From assembly GCA_028023455.1 (NCBI GenBank), contig JAQFVV010000005.1:7378001-7442000 (forward strand): DNA of 64,000 nt, read 5' to 3'. Under the pieces are notes generated by a model. The model ran no database searches and was not told the origin of the DNA. It saw nothing but the letters and a program-made list of their open reading frames with translations. Numbering within the stretch: position 1 is the first letter of the stretch; the number at the start of each line of letters is the position of its first letter. Made by a program: the position numbers and the translations under genes. Positions 51,084 to 63,214 of this stretch are shown one piece after another. The stretch comes from Epiperipatus broadwayi. Its lineage: Eukaryota > Animalia > Onychophora.

Positions 51084-54000
51084 TGTTGAATAAAAAACAA
51101 CATAAATATTTAATAAAACTTCAAGAGTTTATTTACTCAGAAATAATAATAATTGTATGAAATAAGCATTTATTTTATATAGCGCTTGTTTATAAATTGT
51201 AATACATTAAAGATCAGCCTTTCAAGCTACTGTGCATACACTTTTTTAGGAGTGTTAATAATAAATAAATACTTTCACTCCCAACACGAGATATAGTATT
51301 TAAGAAAGAATAAAATGACTCCACTTATTCTTTCCAACCCAAATGCTTATATATGGGCAAATCTTAAGTTCTGGAAGTTAAAGCATGAGAATAGACCACT
51401 CACTTTAAATTACTGTTTACGATGTCTGAATGAATGACGTCGACAAAATTATCTAGAATTTACTAAACATCATTCTCAAATAAAACTTAAACATATGTAA
51501 ATAAGCATTTATTTTATATAGCGCATGTTTATAAATTGTAATACATTAAAGATCAGCCTTTCAAGCTACTGGGCATATGCTTTTTTACGAATGTTAATAA
51601 TAAATGAATACTTTCACTTTCAACACGAGATATAGTATTTAAGAAAAAATAAAATGAATCCACTTATTCTTTCCAACCCAAATGATTATATGGGCAAATC
51701 TTAAGTACTGGAAGTTAAAGCATGAGGATAGACCACTCACTTTAAATTACTGTTTACGATGTCTGAATGAATGACGTCGACGAAATTATCTAGAATTTAC
51801 TAAACATCATTCTCAAATGAAACTTAAACATATGTAAATAAACATTTATTTTATATAGCGCATGTTTATAAATTGTAATACATTAAAGATCAGCCTTTCA
51901 AGCTACTGTGCATACGCTTTTTTATGAATGTTAATAATAAATGAATACTTTCACTCCCAACACAAGGTATAGTATTTAAGAAAGAATAAAATGAATCCAC
52001 TTATTCTTTCCAACCCAAATGCTTATATATGGGCAAATCTTAAGTACTGGAAGTTAAAGTGTGAAGTTAGACCACTCACTTTAAATTACTGTTTACGATG
52101 TCTGAATGAATGACGTCGACGAAATTATCTAGAATTTACTAAACGTCATTCTCAAATGAAACTTAAACATATGTAAATAAGCATTTATTTTAAATAGTGC
52201 ATATTTATAAATTGCATTCATTTATTATTAACACTTTCAAAGCTACTGTGCATACGCTTTCTATGAATGTTAATAATAAATGAATTACATTTCACTCCCA
52301 ACACATGGTATAGTATTTAAGAAAGAATGCTATGAATCCACTTATTCTGTTTCAACCCAAATGACGTTTAGTACTTATGGATAATTTCGTTAACGTCATT
52401 CGAAGTTCAGTCATGAAGTTAGACCACTCACTTTAAAGTGACTGTTTACTATCCTGCATGAATGACGTCAGTACTAAGATTTATCCATATACTAAGTCAT
52501 TCTCAAATGAAACTTAAACATATGTAAATAAGCATTTATTTTAAATAGTGCATATTTATAAATTGCATTCATTTATTATTAACACTCGTAAAAAAGCGTA
52601 TGCACAGTAGCTTGAAAGGCTGATCTTTAATGTATTACAATTTATAAACATGCGCTATATAAAATAAATGCTTATTTACATATGTTTAAGTTTCATTTGA
52701 GAATGACGTTTAGTAAATTCTAGATAATTTCGTCGACGTCATTCATTCAGTCATCGTAAACAGTAATTAAAGTGAGTGGTCTATCCTCATGCTTTAACTT
52801 CCAGTACTTAAGATTTGCCCATATATAAGCATTTGGATTGGAAAGAATAAGTGGATTCATTTTATTCTTTCTTAAATACTATATCTCGTGTTGGGAGTGA
52901 AAGTATTCATTTATTATTAACACTCATAAAAAAGTGTATGCACAGTAGCTTGAAAGGCTGATAGTTAATGTATTACAATTTATAAACATGCACTATATAA
53001 AATAAATGCTTATTTACATATGTTTAAGTTTTATTTGAGAATGACGTTTAGTAAATTCTAGATAATTTTATCGACGTCATTCATTCAGACATCGTAAACA
53101 GTAATTTAAAGTGAGTGGTCTATCCTCATGCTTTAACTTCCAGTGCTTAATATTTGCCCATATATAAGCATTTGGGTTGGAAAGAATAAGTGGATTCATT
53201 TTGTTCTTTCTTAAATACTATATCTCGTGTTGGAAATGAAAGTAGTCATTTATTATTATCACTCGTAAAAAACATATGCACAGTAGCTTGAAAGGCTGAT
53301 CTTTAATAATTGTATTAGTAAGATAGTAAACTTGTTAATTTGCTAGTAGAATATAAAATCACTTAGATCTCTTCAAAGTTCACGTACCTCCTGAGACATT
53401 AACATATATATCTAAAGTCTATATTTCGCAAGCACTTTACTGCTCACACACTTTATATCAGATAGTTCAAATATATTCTTGACTAGACCTCTTCTTTATT
53501 TTTTTCCAGAACAACTTTATATTTACTAGTTTAACTTTCCACTAGTTTACATTTGTTCTTCTTCCTCTATTTACTTTGACTTTTCAACATACTGCTTACA
53601 CTTTCTGCACTTTAATTCAGCTGACTTATTCTTCTGCTTTCACACTACAGCCGCACTCATTCCATTTCTGACTCTTGCTTAATTCTTCTGCAGACCCTTT
53701 ATCAGTTTGGCTAGTTTGCATAAAGTAACTTTCATTAACATGCAGATTAGCCTGTTGCTATTTCCAGTAACTTTTATTTTTTTCTGCATACTAATTAGTT
53801 GTTTTATATCTGGAATATTTTATATATTACTATTAACAGCTTGTACATACATCTTTATTTATCTTTAATAAATACAGTAAATATATATATCAGTGTGTGT
53901 GTACACAGCATTCATCCTCCTACTCCAGAAAATGCAGAATTTGTACATCACTTTTATTTGCACAGAAAAAAAATTATTTACAAAAGATAATCTTGTAGCT

Positions 54001-56008
54001 TTTTAATTCTCCATTTCTCTCTAACAGATCTGTTTGGTTTTACTACTTCTTTATCTTCCACTGGTTTTGTAGTATTTTTTCATTCCTCAGTATTAGCTTT
54101 AGTACATTCTTCTTGAATAGGAGAAGAGGAGTTTTTATTTCAGTTTCTTCAGAAATATCAATCTGACTTGCCTTTTTCAAATTAGAAGTAATCACTATAT
54201 CTTCTAAAAGGCTCTCCATTCTTTGATGTGGTATTTGCTAAGATATAATTTTTGTAATTATTCCCAGTAACCATTTTTTTATAATATCTTTAATCCATAC
54301 ACTAGTTTTCAGTAAGTTTTACTTTCCAAATAACTGTCTTTTTAATTTTAGACTTCAACTTGTGTAGTGGTAGAATTTTTTTTCAGTTATTTTTACTATA
54401 GCAGTTTTAACATATCCAATACAGTACTTATTTTATGAATGTTCACATTCTTCACCACTTCTCCTCTTAACTTATTATTCAATGGTAAATCAACTTTAGA
54501 CAGTTGATGGTTTTATTAAACCTTTAACAAATTGCCTCCAAATGCACAGTTATAATACTTATGCTTTTTAAACTAATGGTTTTCTTAATATGGCCTCTCT
54601 TCCCACAGCAATGACAATTTCATTTTTATTGTAGGCAGTTTATTGTATCCAATACTTATTCCAAAAGATTTAAACCAACTTTTTCCTAGTAGTGGGTTAA
54701 TATTTCATTCCACTACATATAATGGTAATGGGCTTGTATGATTATTTACTCATATAGATACTGTAACTACTCCAGTAATTGTTATAAGGTTGCCATTTAC
54801 ATCTGATACAATAACTGTAGACTCTTTCAATTTTCTTCTATGTTTGCCTTTCTATGAATCAAATTCCAATATTTTTACAATATCAATGATATGCCTGCCT
54901 CACTATCAATTTCCATTTGTACATTTTGATCAAAAATTTTAACAGTTAATCTAGCATATCATTTGCATCTTTCAGTTTGTTTATAAATGTCAACTTTTTT
55001 GAAATACTTCCCTTCAATTTACTCTTCCATTATGAATCCTGTTTTGTTACTCATCATTTATATAACTTTGATAAATGACTCAAGTACACAAGTAAAACAT
55101 TTTCTTGTTTTAAACTTGCAGTTAGCTTTTACCTATCCCTGTTTTTCCACAATAACAGATGGGGGGATTCTTTTTAAACTTATTAAATTTTGCTCATGGT
55201 TTTGCTGCATTTATATTAATTTCTGAGGAATTTATTTCTGTCACACTTTTAAAAGTCACATATGGTCCACTCTAATTTCACAGGCTAATGCTTATTCAAT
55301 AGCAATCTTGTACATTAAGTCTTTCATGCTGAATAATATTTCTCTGAGTATTATGTCTCTTAGTAACTGATCTAACAGCATTTCATTGATAAAATTCTTT
55401 AATTCACAATTCTTCAGTAACATATGTGAGACCACATCAAATTCACATATGTTTTCATTATGAGAATGTATCCTATCTTGAAAATGAAGACACCCCATAA
55501 ATTTCAATGGTATGGGTTTAAAATATGCATTTTGTTTTATCAGTAACTCTTCATAGGATATTTTATCAGGCAGCCTGGGATCACATATATGGTTTGTCAC
55601 ATTCAAGACCTCTTTTCTGAACATCCATAATAATGTTGTAACTTTGAGTTTATCTTCTGTTATCCTATTCATAAGCATGTATTTTTCAACATGATTTATA
55701 TATACCTACCATTGACCCAGGTTTTGAATATCAAATGTTGTCACCACATTCTGCACTTTCAATTCACTGCCCCACTAAATCTATCTCATTAATCCTTCTA
55801 AGTTTCACATGTTAACTGTTGATCTCTGCCAAAAAGTATTTCCAGACCTCACATGTATGATTATCAAACTGCACCAGATAATATACTGAGTTTCACAGGT
55901 TTATTCTTAATTGAGTGCAGCTTTAAGTCTTTATCTTACTATTACTATTTCAGAATAAACAAACTCTTATATTTTATTAAACATTTGGGTTTAGTTTCTT
56001 ATTCACCA
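51084..56008 (-). mobile_element. Internally deleted Mag-like gypsy element (gag, protease, post-integrase tail) with mutually inverted ~100-bp termini
   Basis: gag ORF 55292-55678 (LPDKISYEEL..F.P.P..EMLLDQL), knuckles ~55050-55130, protease MEIDSEAGISL ~54900, VWIKD..KW..GII tail; PBS-like TTTGGCAGAG ~55825-55835; TGTTGAATAA.. at 51084 (+) and TGGTGAATAA.. at 56008 (-), both abutting TA tracts. Confidence 0.75.
51159..53303. mobile_element. Family D ~338-bp tandem repeat: ~4 units inverted against ~2.2 units, 12-bp TSD, nested in the gypsy terminus
   Basis: Unit starts at 51162, 51501, 51838, 52177; TAATAATTGTAT at 51147-51158 and 53304-53315; uninterrupted empty site present in the paralogous terminus at ~57745-57760. 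Confidence 0.92.
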
Positions 56009-56019
56009 ATATATATATA

Positions 56020-56116
56020 TATATTCAGCTGCCAACTGCATGGCCCTGAATATATTATCTAGTACAGTCAACATCATCTGGTACAGGGCCATGCAGTCAT
56101 TTGGCAGCTGAATATA
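56020..56116. repeat. Short hairpin insertion in a TA tract, derived from family E
   Basis: ATATTCAGCTGCCAACTGCATGGCCCTG ... CAGGGCCATGCAGTCATTTGGCAGCTGAATAT. Confidence 0.75.
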
Positions 56117-57687
56117 TATTGTATTAATAATTATGCACAGAGCAACTAATTGGTGATGTGGAAAAGCAAATGATAGTTTTAGAGCAATCTGTTGAATAAA
56201 TAATCAACAATTATATAGCAGTAAAAGTGAAGAGTAGTACTTGGGATTTGATATAAATGATCATAGTACAGGTATTAACGATTTGCTTCTTCAACCATAC
56301 ATTTCAAACTATGCACATTGGAGGACATGTTCTCAGAGCTATGGGGGGTTTTCTTTCTGTGTGATGTGTCACTAATGCTGTATAATTTCTAGCATGGGTT
56401 ATATAAAGCAAAAGGTATTATGACTGTATGCTAATTAAATATAATTAATTTGTGTATTTTTAGAAAATAGAAAAGGATTAAATCCAATACTTGTTTTAGT
56501 ATGTGAATAAAATAACAGTCAGATAAATTAATAAATAATTAAATAATTTATTAATAAAAATAAATAAATCAAGAGTATTATTTGTAAATTCCCTCTTGAA
56601 TACTTGTCAAGTTAGATATCAGGACAGCAGTTCAAATCTTTTACATCTCTAACCGTTTTACAATTTCTCACACCTGTATATAAAAAAGAAATTATTTATT
56701 TCAATGCCACTTTCCTTGAAATAGTTTCATTCATATTATTCTCAGTGAATTATAACATAGTTCATTCCATAAACAATTCAAAGATTTTATTATTCTCATT
56801 CATTCATGAACAAAAAAAAAGTCTCATTTGATAATCTCAAATTTCAGTTTTCATTCTATATTCTCTTATAGTTCAATGTTTTTTTATTTATTCATGTTGA
56901 ATATTCAAAAACAACACAAAAAAGCATCTCCCTTTTAAATTATCCTATCATTTTGTCTTGGAAGTCTTTCTTCTTCTTTTGAATATATTTTTTTAATTAT
57001 TATCATTTAAACATTGAATATCACATGATCACCATTTCTTATGCTTGCTCAGATTGTTAAAACATTTAATACAGTTATATGCAGTATTGATATTTTATTT
57101 TGCTTGAAACAAAAAAACTTTTTTGCTGATTTATTTACAAGATTCTGTTTCATTTCTTTCCTAGCAGCTTCTCATAATTGACAGGATAAAAACATTGGAC
57201 AATGCATTAAGGATAAGAGCTGATGTGCTACTTGCTTTGGTCTAGTGCTCCATATTAAAAGAATATCTGAATATATGAGTATTTTCATAGCTATTAATAA
57301 ATCAAAGTAATAACAAAAAAAGACACTTCTTGTATAATTTTTAACTTGATAGTTAATTCTTTTCCTCTTCCTCCTTTTTCAAACAAGAGTGAGAAAGATT
57401 GTCACTTATCTCCTTTGCATATTATTGACTTCATTTACATATGAAATCTATTTACTTTAATTTAATGAAAATTAGTTAAATGAATATATCAGTGCATATT
57501 TACCAAATAAATAAAATCTTTTATTGACATATTTATTTCCTGCGCATGAATATTTCATTTCTTATTTCTTTATTTCCATTTTATATGTATATATGTGTGT
57601 AAGAAAGCACACACACACACACATTTTACAAAATATACTCACAATGTAACTTTGGCATCACTATGACAATAGGTATAATATATATAT

Positions 57688-57840
57688 TGTTGAATAAAAA
57701 ACTAAACACAAATATTTAACAAAATTTCAAGTTTGTTTACTCTGAAATAATAATTGTATTAATAAATTAGTTATTACTTCAATTTGCTAGTTGAATATAT
57801 CACTTAGATCTCATTAAAGTTCATTTATCTCCTGAGAGAT
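57688..57840 (+). repeat. Solo copy of the gypsy terminal sequence (matches 51084-51158 joined to 53316-53400)
   Basis: TGTTGAATAAAAAAC..GAAATAATAATTGTAT..CACTTAGATCTC..CTCCTGAGA, preceded by a TA tract. Confidence 0.8.
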
Positions 57841-58404
57841 TATAAATTAATGAACTAAAATGTTGTGAAATATAATCCTTGTTATTGTTGATTAGTAAAA
57901 TGTAGTTAATTTTTCTTAAAAATATTTTATCTATTTCCAAATTCATATGAGTAATATAAATGATAATAAACTGCTAATTTAATAAACTGAATGAAAACAT
58001 TTGTTCAATCTGCGATTATACATGTTTAAACGTTACATAACTTATCGCTCGACTAACCACTCAATTATTTTTTGAATCTATCATTTAATGCACTCATAGA
58101 GCTGCAAAATTGGAAAATTAAAGATTTCTGAATAGAGCTAAATCTTTTATTTTTGGCGCTCGAATGCCATAAGATCTCTAAAGCAATAAACAATTCGATT
58201 ATTTATATTATTATTTTCTTCTAGATGCCAATTAAAATTCCGTAACATTATCATATATTTACTAAGCTTTTAAAAAAATGTTTTCATTTTTTAAAATCAT
58301 ATGCGTATACTTTTATTTCCAATTATATTTTAATTTCTTCCTATGACTATATATCACAAACACTTTTATTTATAGTACAGCATGAACTTCCGCTTTAACT
58401 CATT

Positions 58405-58515
58405 ATAACGTCACATGATCACCATTTCTTATGTCTACACAATCTGTTAACACAGTAACGATTTCCTCTATGCAGTACTGCATCCATTGATCGCAATAGC
58501 TTGCACTAGATGGCC
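58405..58515. repeat. Small family B remnants (inverted fragment; another minus fragment at ~57020-57062, a plus fragment at ~27660-27750)
   Basis: CACATGATCACCATTTCTTATG (minus-sense B) followed by GCATCCATTGAT..GCTTGC (plus-sense B). Confidence 0.55.
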
Positions 58516-59528
58516 ATATTATATAAATGAAGTTTTTATTGTATTAACTAAGAAGTATATGGCGACCTCTAATATTATTACATTGAAGTCCATGGTTTAA
58601 AAACTATCATTGTTTAATATCCTTATTTTAATTTCTTAACTTAAAGAAGTTTTTAATTAAAATAGGTAAGATTCAATCATACACATATGTATATATTAGA
58701 TTAATATTAATTTTTACGTTATTGTCATAGTGAACAAATACTGATGTAGCAACTATAATGAAATTTAAAATAGGTTGTTTTAATAATCATTTTAAGTAAG
58801 ATTAACATATCTTTTCTACTACTTTTAATGTTAACATTTTCAAAAGCAGCCAAACTGTAAATATATTTGGATTCATGCAGGTCTTCGATACTATCTTAAA
58901 TTAGAGAAGATTATAATCGTTGTATTCAAGTTTCATCTGGTTCAACTGAGAATGAAATCTTGTAATATATATGTGCAATGGCTTTACTAGATGTATCAAA
59001 GGTATTAAGTACTTGGGCGCAAATGAAATTCGGTGCCACATGATCGCAAAGTCTATTTCTTCAAATAAGAAAGTCGGTATAGACTACATTGCGGCTATCT
59101 GATTCACTTTTTGAAGAAAAAAGAGTTAAGTTAAAAGGTGTTTTTAAGGACTTTCTAAATATGAAACAGTTACAGACTCATATTTATTATGCATCATTGG
59201 ATATAATTTTGAATCAATAAACGAAATTTATATTTCCGAAAATGTTGCTCTCTTTAAATTGAAATTTAATTAGCAAAAGAAACTAAATATTTTCTAAATA
59301 AATATAGTATTGATTTTTTGGAGCAGCTTATTTTGCAATTATGTACATTATGTAATTTATTTAAAAATGAAATTGTTGCATGTAATATGGCTACCTATTT
59401 ATTAGACTTGATATTAAAAATTATTTAATAACATGACAATTGCTAAATGATCAATTTCTAAGTTAAATATAATTAAAAAAAAAAGTACTAGGATTTAAAT
59501 TACATTTTAATGCTTATAAAATGAAATT

Positions 59529-60477
59529 AAAACAGGCAAAACTCACTATATATATATATTGCCACACACAGCAAGCTAGAGTAATCAATGGATGCCAGAA
59601 GGCTTGTGCATAAAATCCTCATCTAGTGCCTACTCATCCAATATCCCCAGACTAGTTTCTGGCTTATGGTCTTTGTCAGTGAGGAGCCTTGGATCTGAGA
59701 GCACTGCACCTAGATCTTAGGATCTAATGCAACCCTCCAGCAACCACCTCTTATCTCCATTTAACTACAAAACTATAAGTCGTAAACTGAAAACACCTTA
59801 ATGTTTTCAATCCAAGCCCATTAGCTTATATAGTCATATGGGTCTGAACCCAGTTCAGTACCCATACATTTTGGTGTCTTTGGTTCTTTAATAACCATAG
59901 CCACCACTATCCATTGATTACTCTAGCTTGCTGTGTGTGGCAATATATATAGTGAGTTTTGCCTGTTTTAACAACAGTTATACACAAGCATAAGAGGTGG
60001 TGGTCATGTGATGTTTATTGGCTTAAAACCAATCCTGCCTAATAGGATAGTGGTGGCTATGGTTATTAAAGAACCAAAGACACCAAAATGTATGGGTACT
60101 GAACTGGGTTCAGACCCATATGACTATATAAGCTAATGGGCTTGGATTGAAAACATTAAGGTGTTTTCAGTTTAAGACTCATAGTTTTGTAGTTAAATGG
60201 AGATAAAAGGTGGTTGCTGGAGAGTTGCATTGGATCCTAAAATCTAGGTGCAGTGCTCTCAGATCCAAGGCTCCTCACTGATGAAGGCCATAAGCCAGAA
60301 ACTAGTCTGGGGATATTGGATGAGTACAGACTAGATGGGGATTTTATGCACAAGCCTTCTGGCATCCATTGATTACTGTAGCTTGCTGTGGGTGGCAATA
60401 TATATAGTGAGTTTTGCCTGTTTTAACAACAGTTATACACAAGCATAAGAGGTGGTGGTCATGTGATGTTTATTGGC
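59529..60477. mobile_element. Family B hammerhead repeat: 0.85-unit minus arm + 1.25-unit plus arm (~456-bp period), 13-bp TSD
   Basis: Junction at ~59909-59912 with ATCC microhomology; ATAAAATGAAATT at 59516-59528 and 60478-60490; minus ribozyme 59644-59685 has core CUGACAA. Confidence 0.92.
60272..60313 (+). ncRNA. Minimal hammerhead ribozyme, family B
   Basis: UCCUCA-CUGAUGA-AGGC CAUAA GCCA-GAAA CUAG UC|UGGGGA; GUC triplet, palindromic CUAG, A.A at the base of helix II. Confidence 0.75.
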
Positions 60478-61029
60478 ATAAAATGAAATTGTTAAAAGTC
60501 CTTTAATAAAAAATATTATGCTAAAGTTTGAATATTAAACTTTAAATAAATGTAATATGAAAATTTAACTTGGTATATATTTTTTCCCTTTTTTTTTAAA
60601 GTGATATGATTGTTGGGAAAAAAGAAATTAGTTATAAGTAAAATCATATCTTTATTATTGCAGTATGGATCTAATAGGTAAAAATTGTCTCTTCAATTTT
60701 AAATATTTAATTCTGGTGTACAAGTTTGGATTTATATAAGACTTCAATATTATTAAAATGCTTGAAAAAAAAAAAAACCTTTCAGCTTTATTTATTTCAT
60801 GAAAGTATATTTAATGTTATTATAAAGAAGTTACTGTATTAGGAAATTGAATTTTAAGACAGTTTTTCTTGTTTCATTTACCTATTGCAATATTGTCAAT
60901 TGTCTCTTCATTTAATCATGAAAGATTTTTTTTTAATATTAAAATATGCTCTCTCCCTCCCTCATATATAATAGTTCAAGTTAATCCTGATATATGTGAT
61001 CATTATTTTTAACTATTATTAATGTATTG

Positions 61030-61400
61030 TATGATGAAATTTATCAGGTTTCATCCAATTTTTCTGATCCATATCTTCTTCATATTACCAATGAACTTTC
61101 TCATTTCATCCATCTTACATATATGTTCGTACAATCTTTTAGTATTCAGCTTAAGATTTCAGATATTTGCTTAACTTCTTTTCAACATCTTAATTCTTTC
61201 AATAATGTCATTGATATGTGTCTGTTCTCTCTCCGTGTATTTTGTTTTTGATTTCTTTCAGTTAATCACAATATAATCTCTCCATATTTTGTTAAAAGGT
61301 TTGAAGTTTCTCTATTGGTCTTCTGTTAAGTATCACAAAGTTTCAAATTCATTCATGACTACAATCATAAAACATAACTATGATTATCATTTGATGCACT
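61030..61400 (-). mobile_element. RTE-type LINE 3' fragment
   Basis: MERLY..INDIIERIKMLK.. resembles the C-terminal region of the 39-41 kb LINE. Confidence 0.55.
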
Positions 61401-61577
61401 TTTTATTATCGATGATAAAATTTTTTAATACTGAACCTTTGCTTATCTTTATCTAATTTATTCATTAATAAAATATCATTTTTCTTTAGTTGCATATCAT
61501 GTGGCAGATTATTAGCATTAGAAAATTATTTTGCTTTTTTTCCATCTTTGGAACTAACATTATATGTATATATAAAT

Positions 61578-61725
61578 CACAGCACTACAGCCCAAACATA
61601 AATAAACAAATAGAAGATCTACAATGTATTGTCAAGGCAATCTCTATAGATGAAAAATGAATTCCATCTTTTATGTATAGAAGTTGCCTTGACAACAGAT
61701 TGTGGAGTTTTGTTGTTGGACTGTG
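61578..61725. repeat. Fold-back / MITE-like hairpin
   Basis: Arms include TTGTCAAGGCAA (61629-61640) / TTGCCTTGACAA (61684-61695) and ends CACAG / CTGTG. Confidence 0.65.
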
Positions 61726-63214
61726 AATTACATTTCAAAAAAAATTAATTATTGCAATGTATGATTTAATATAAATATACAATTTATTGTGAAAGTATTG
61801 AATTTATTGCACACACAACTACAACACTATTCTGTCCAGATAAATACCTTAATGAGTACTATTAATCATTTATTAGACTAGAATTTATCCTACTATTTTT
61901 AGCCAAAATATACACTTTAATTAGAAATGAATATATCATTATTAAACAGAATGACATGAAATTATTAACTCATTTCTATTCTTCTTCATTCTATGTGTAG
62001 AATGAAGAAGAATAGAAATAAAGATAATTGGAAAAAGTAAATAAATTTCAAGATGCATTTCATGCTGAATCAGCATTCTTCATTAGACTATAATTTATAT
62101 TATTTTAAACTAATATATACATTTTAACATGGATTAAAGATTTATATATCTATTATTCTTAAACACATAAGGAATAATAAATCATCTATGTTCTTTATTA
62201 CTTTGTACAGCAATGCAATAAGAAAGATAAACTTATAATACTTCACATAAGGAAGAATTAAATCAATTTATTAAGATGTCTTTATTCAAATAATTAATTT
62301 GAATTTTAAAAGTATATTATTATATATGAAAATATTGTAGTGGTGTTGAAATGATTATTTGATTAGGGTTTTAATAATAATAGATATATTTATTTTTAAT
62401 TAAAGTTTATAGAGTATGTCTTGGCTAAAAATAATTGATAAATTCTGACTTAATAAATAGCAAGTTTAGTATCTTCATAATAAATTATAATAATTTGATA
62501 TTTGTAAATACTAAGCAAGAATAGTAAAGACATGAGATATTATTACCTGGAATTATCTTTTTCAAATGTTTTTATTCGAGCTATTAATTTGCATTAATAC
62601 ACATGAAAAAATGGGGAATGGCATTGAATTAATAATTTTATGTGGTAGTGGTTAAGAATAATAGACATATTAATCTGTCATTAAAGTTTATGATGAATAC
62701 ACTGACTAACAATAACATGATAATTTCTAGTGTAATAAATAATTAGTAATGATTATTAAAGTATTTATCAGAAGAAGATAATGTCAAAGTTGTGTGTGAA
62801 GTAAATTTGGAATATTCTCAAAATAAATTGTAATAATTTGATATACATAAATATTGAGCAAGCATAATAAGGACATGTGAGAAATAGTAACTTCAATTGA
62901 AGAGTGTTGGATATGCAAGAATGCATTTTTAATTTCATTTATCATTGTCAGATGTCTTTATTCAATTTCAGTACTTATATATTAGACCTTCTATGCTTTT
63001 TCACATCCATGTCATTCCACCAATAAATTTCTAACCTTGCAAACCCATCAAATAAACCGTGTGATCTCATTAAATAATGTGAACACGTAAACTTCTGATA
63101 AACTCGTGACAAATTTGTATACAAAAATAATAAAAACATATGAAACTAAATAAAAACAGGTAGTTGTCAATGAATTTTTAATATGACAGTCTGCCAATGC
63201 AACCACCTCACCTC

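Noticed and set aside
49467-53303. CRISPR-like or viral array
   Set aside because: Whole units repeat with no unique spacers, there are no cas genes, and the context is eukaryotic.
9715-60490. Fold-back inversions as whole-genome-amplification or read chimeras
   Set aside because: The inversions are confined to specific element families, carry TSDs, have diverged arms and share one polarity. Only 52.2-52.6 kb looks artefactual. Read-level confirmation is still advisable.
24179-61251. The remaining 60-108 aa ORFs rich in I/F/L/N/K
   Set aside because: Their composition is that of random AT-rich DNA or antisense of TE relics; no domain motifs.
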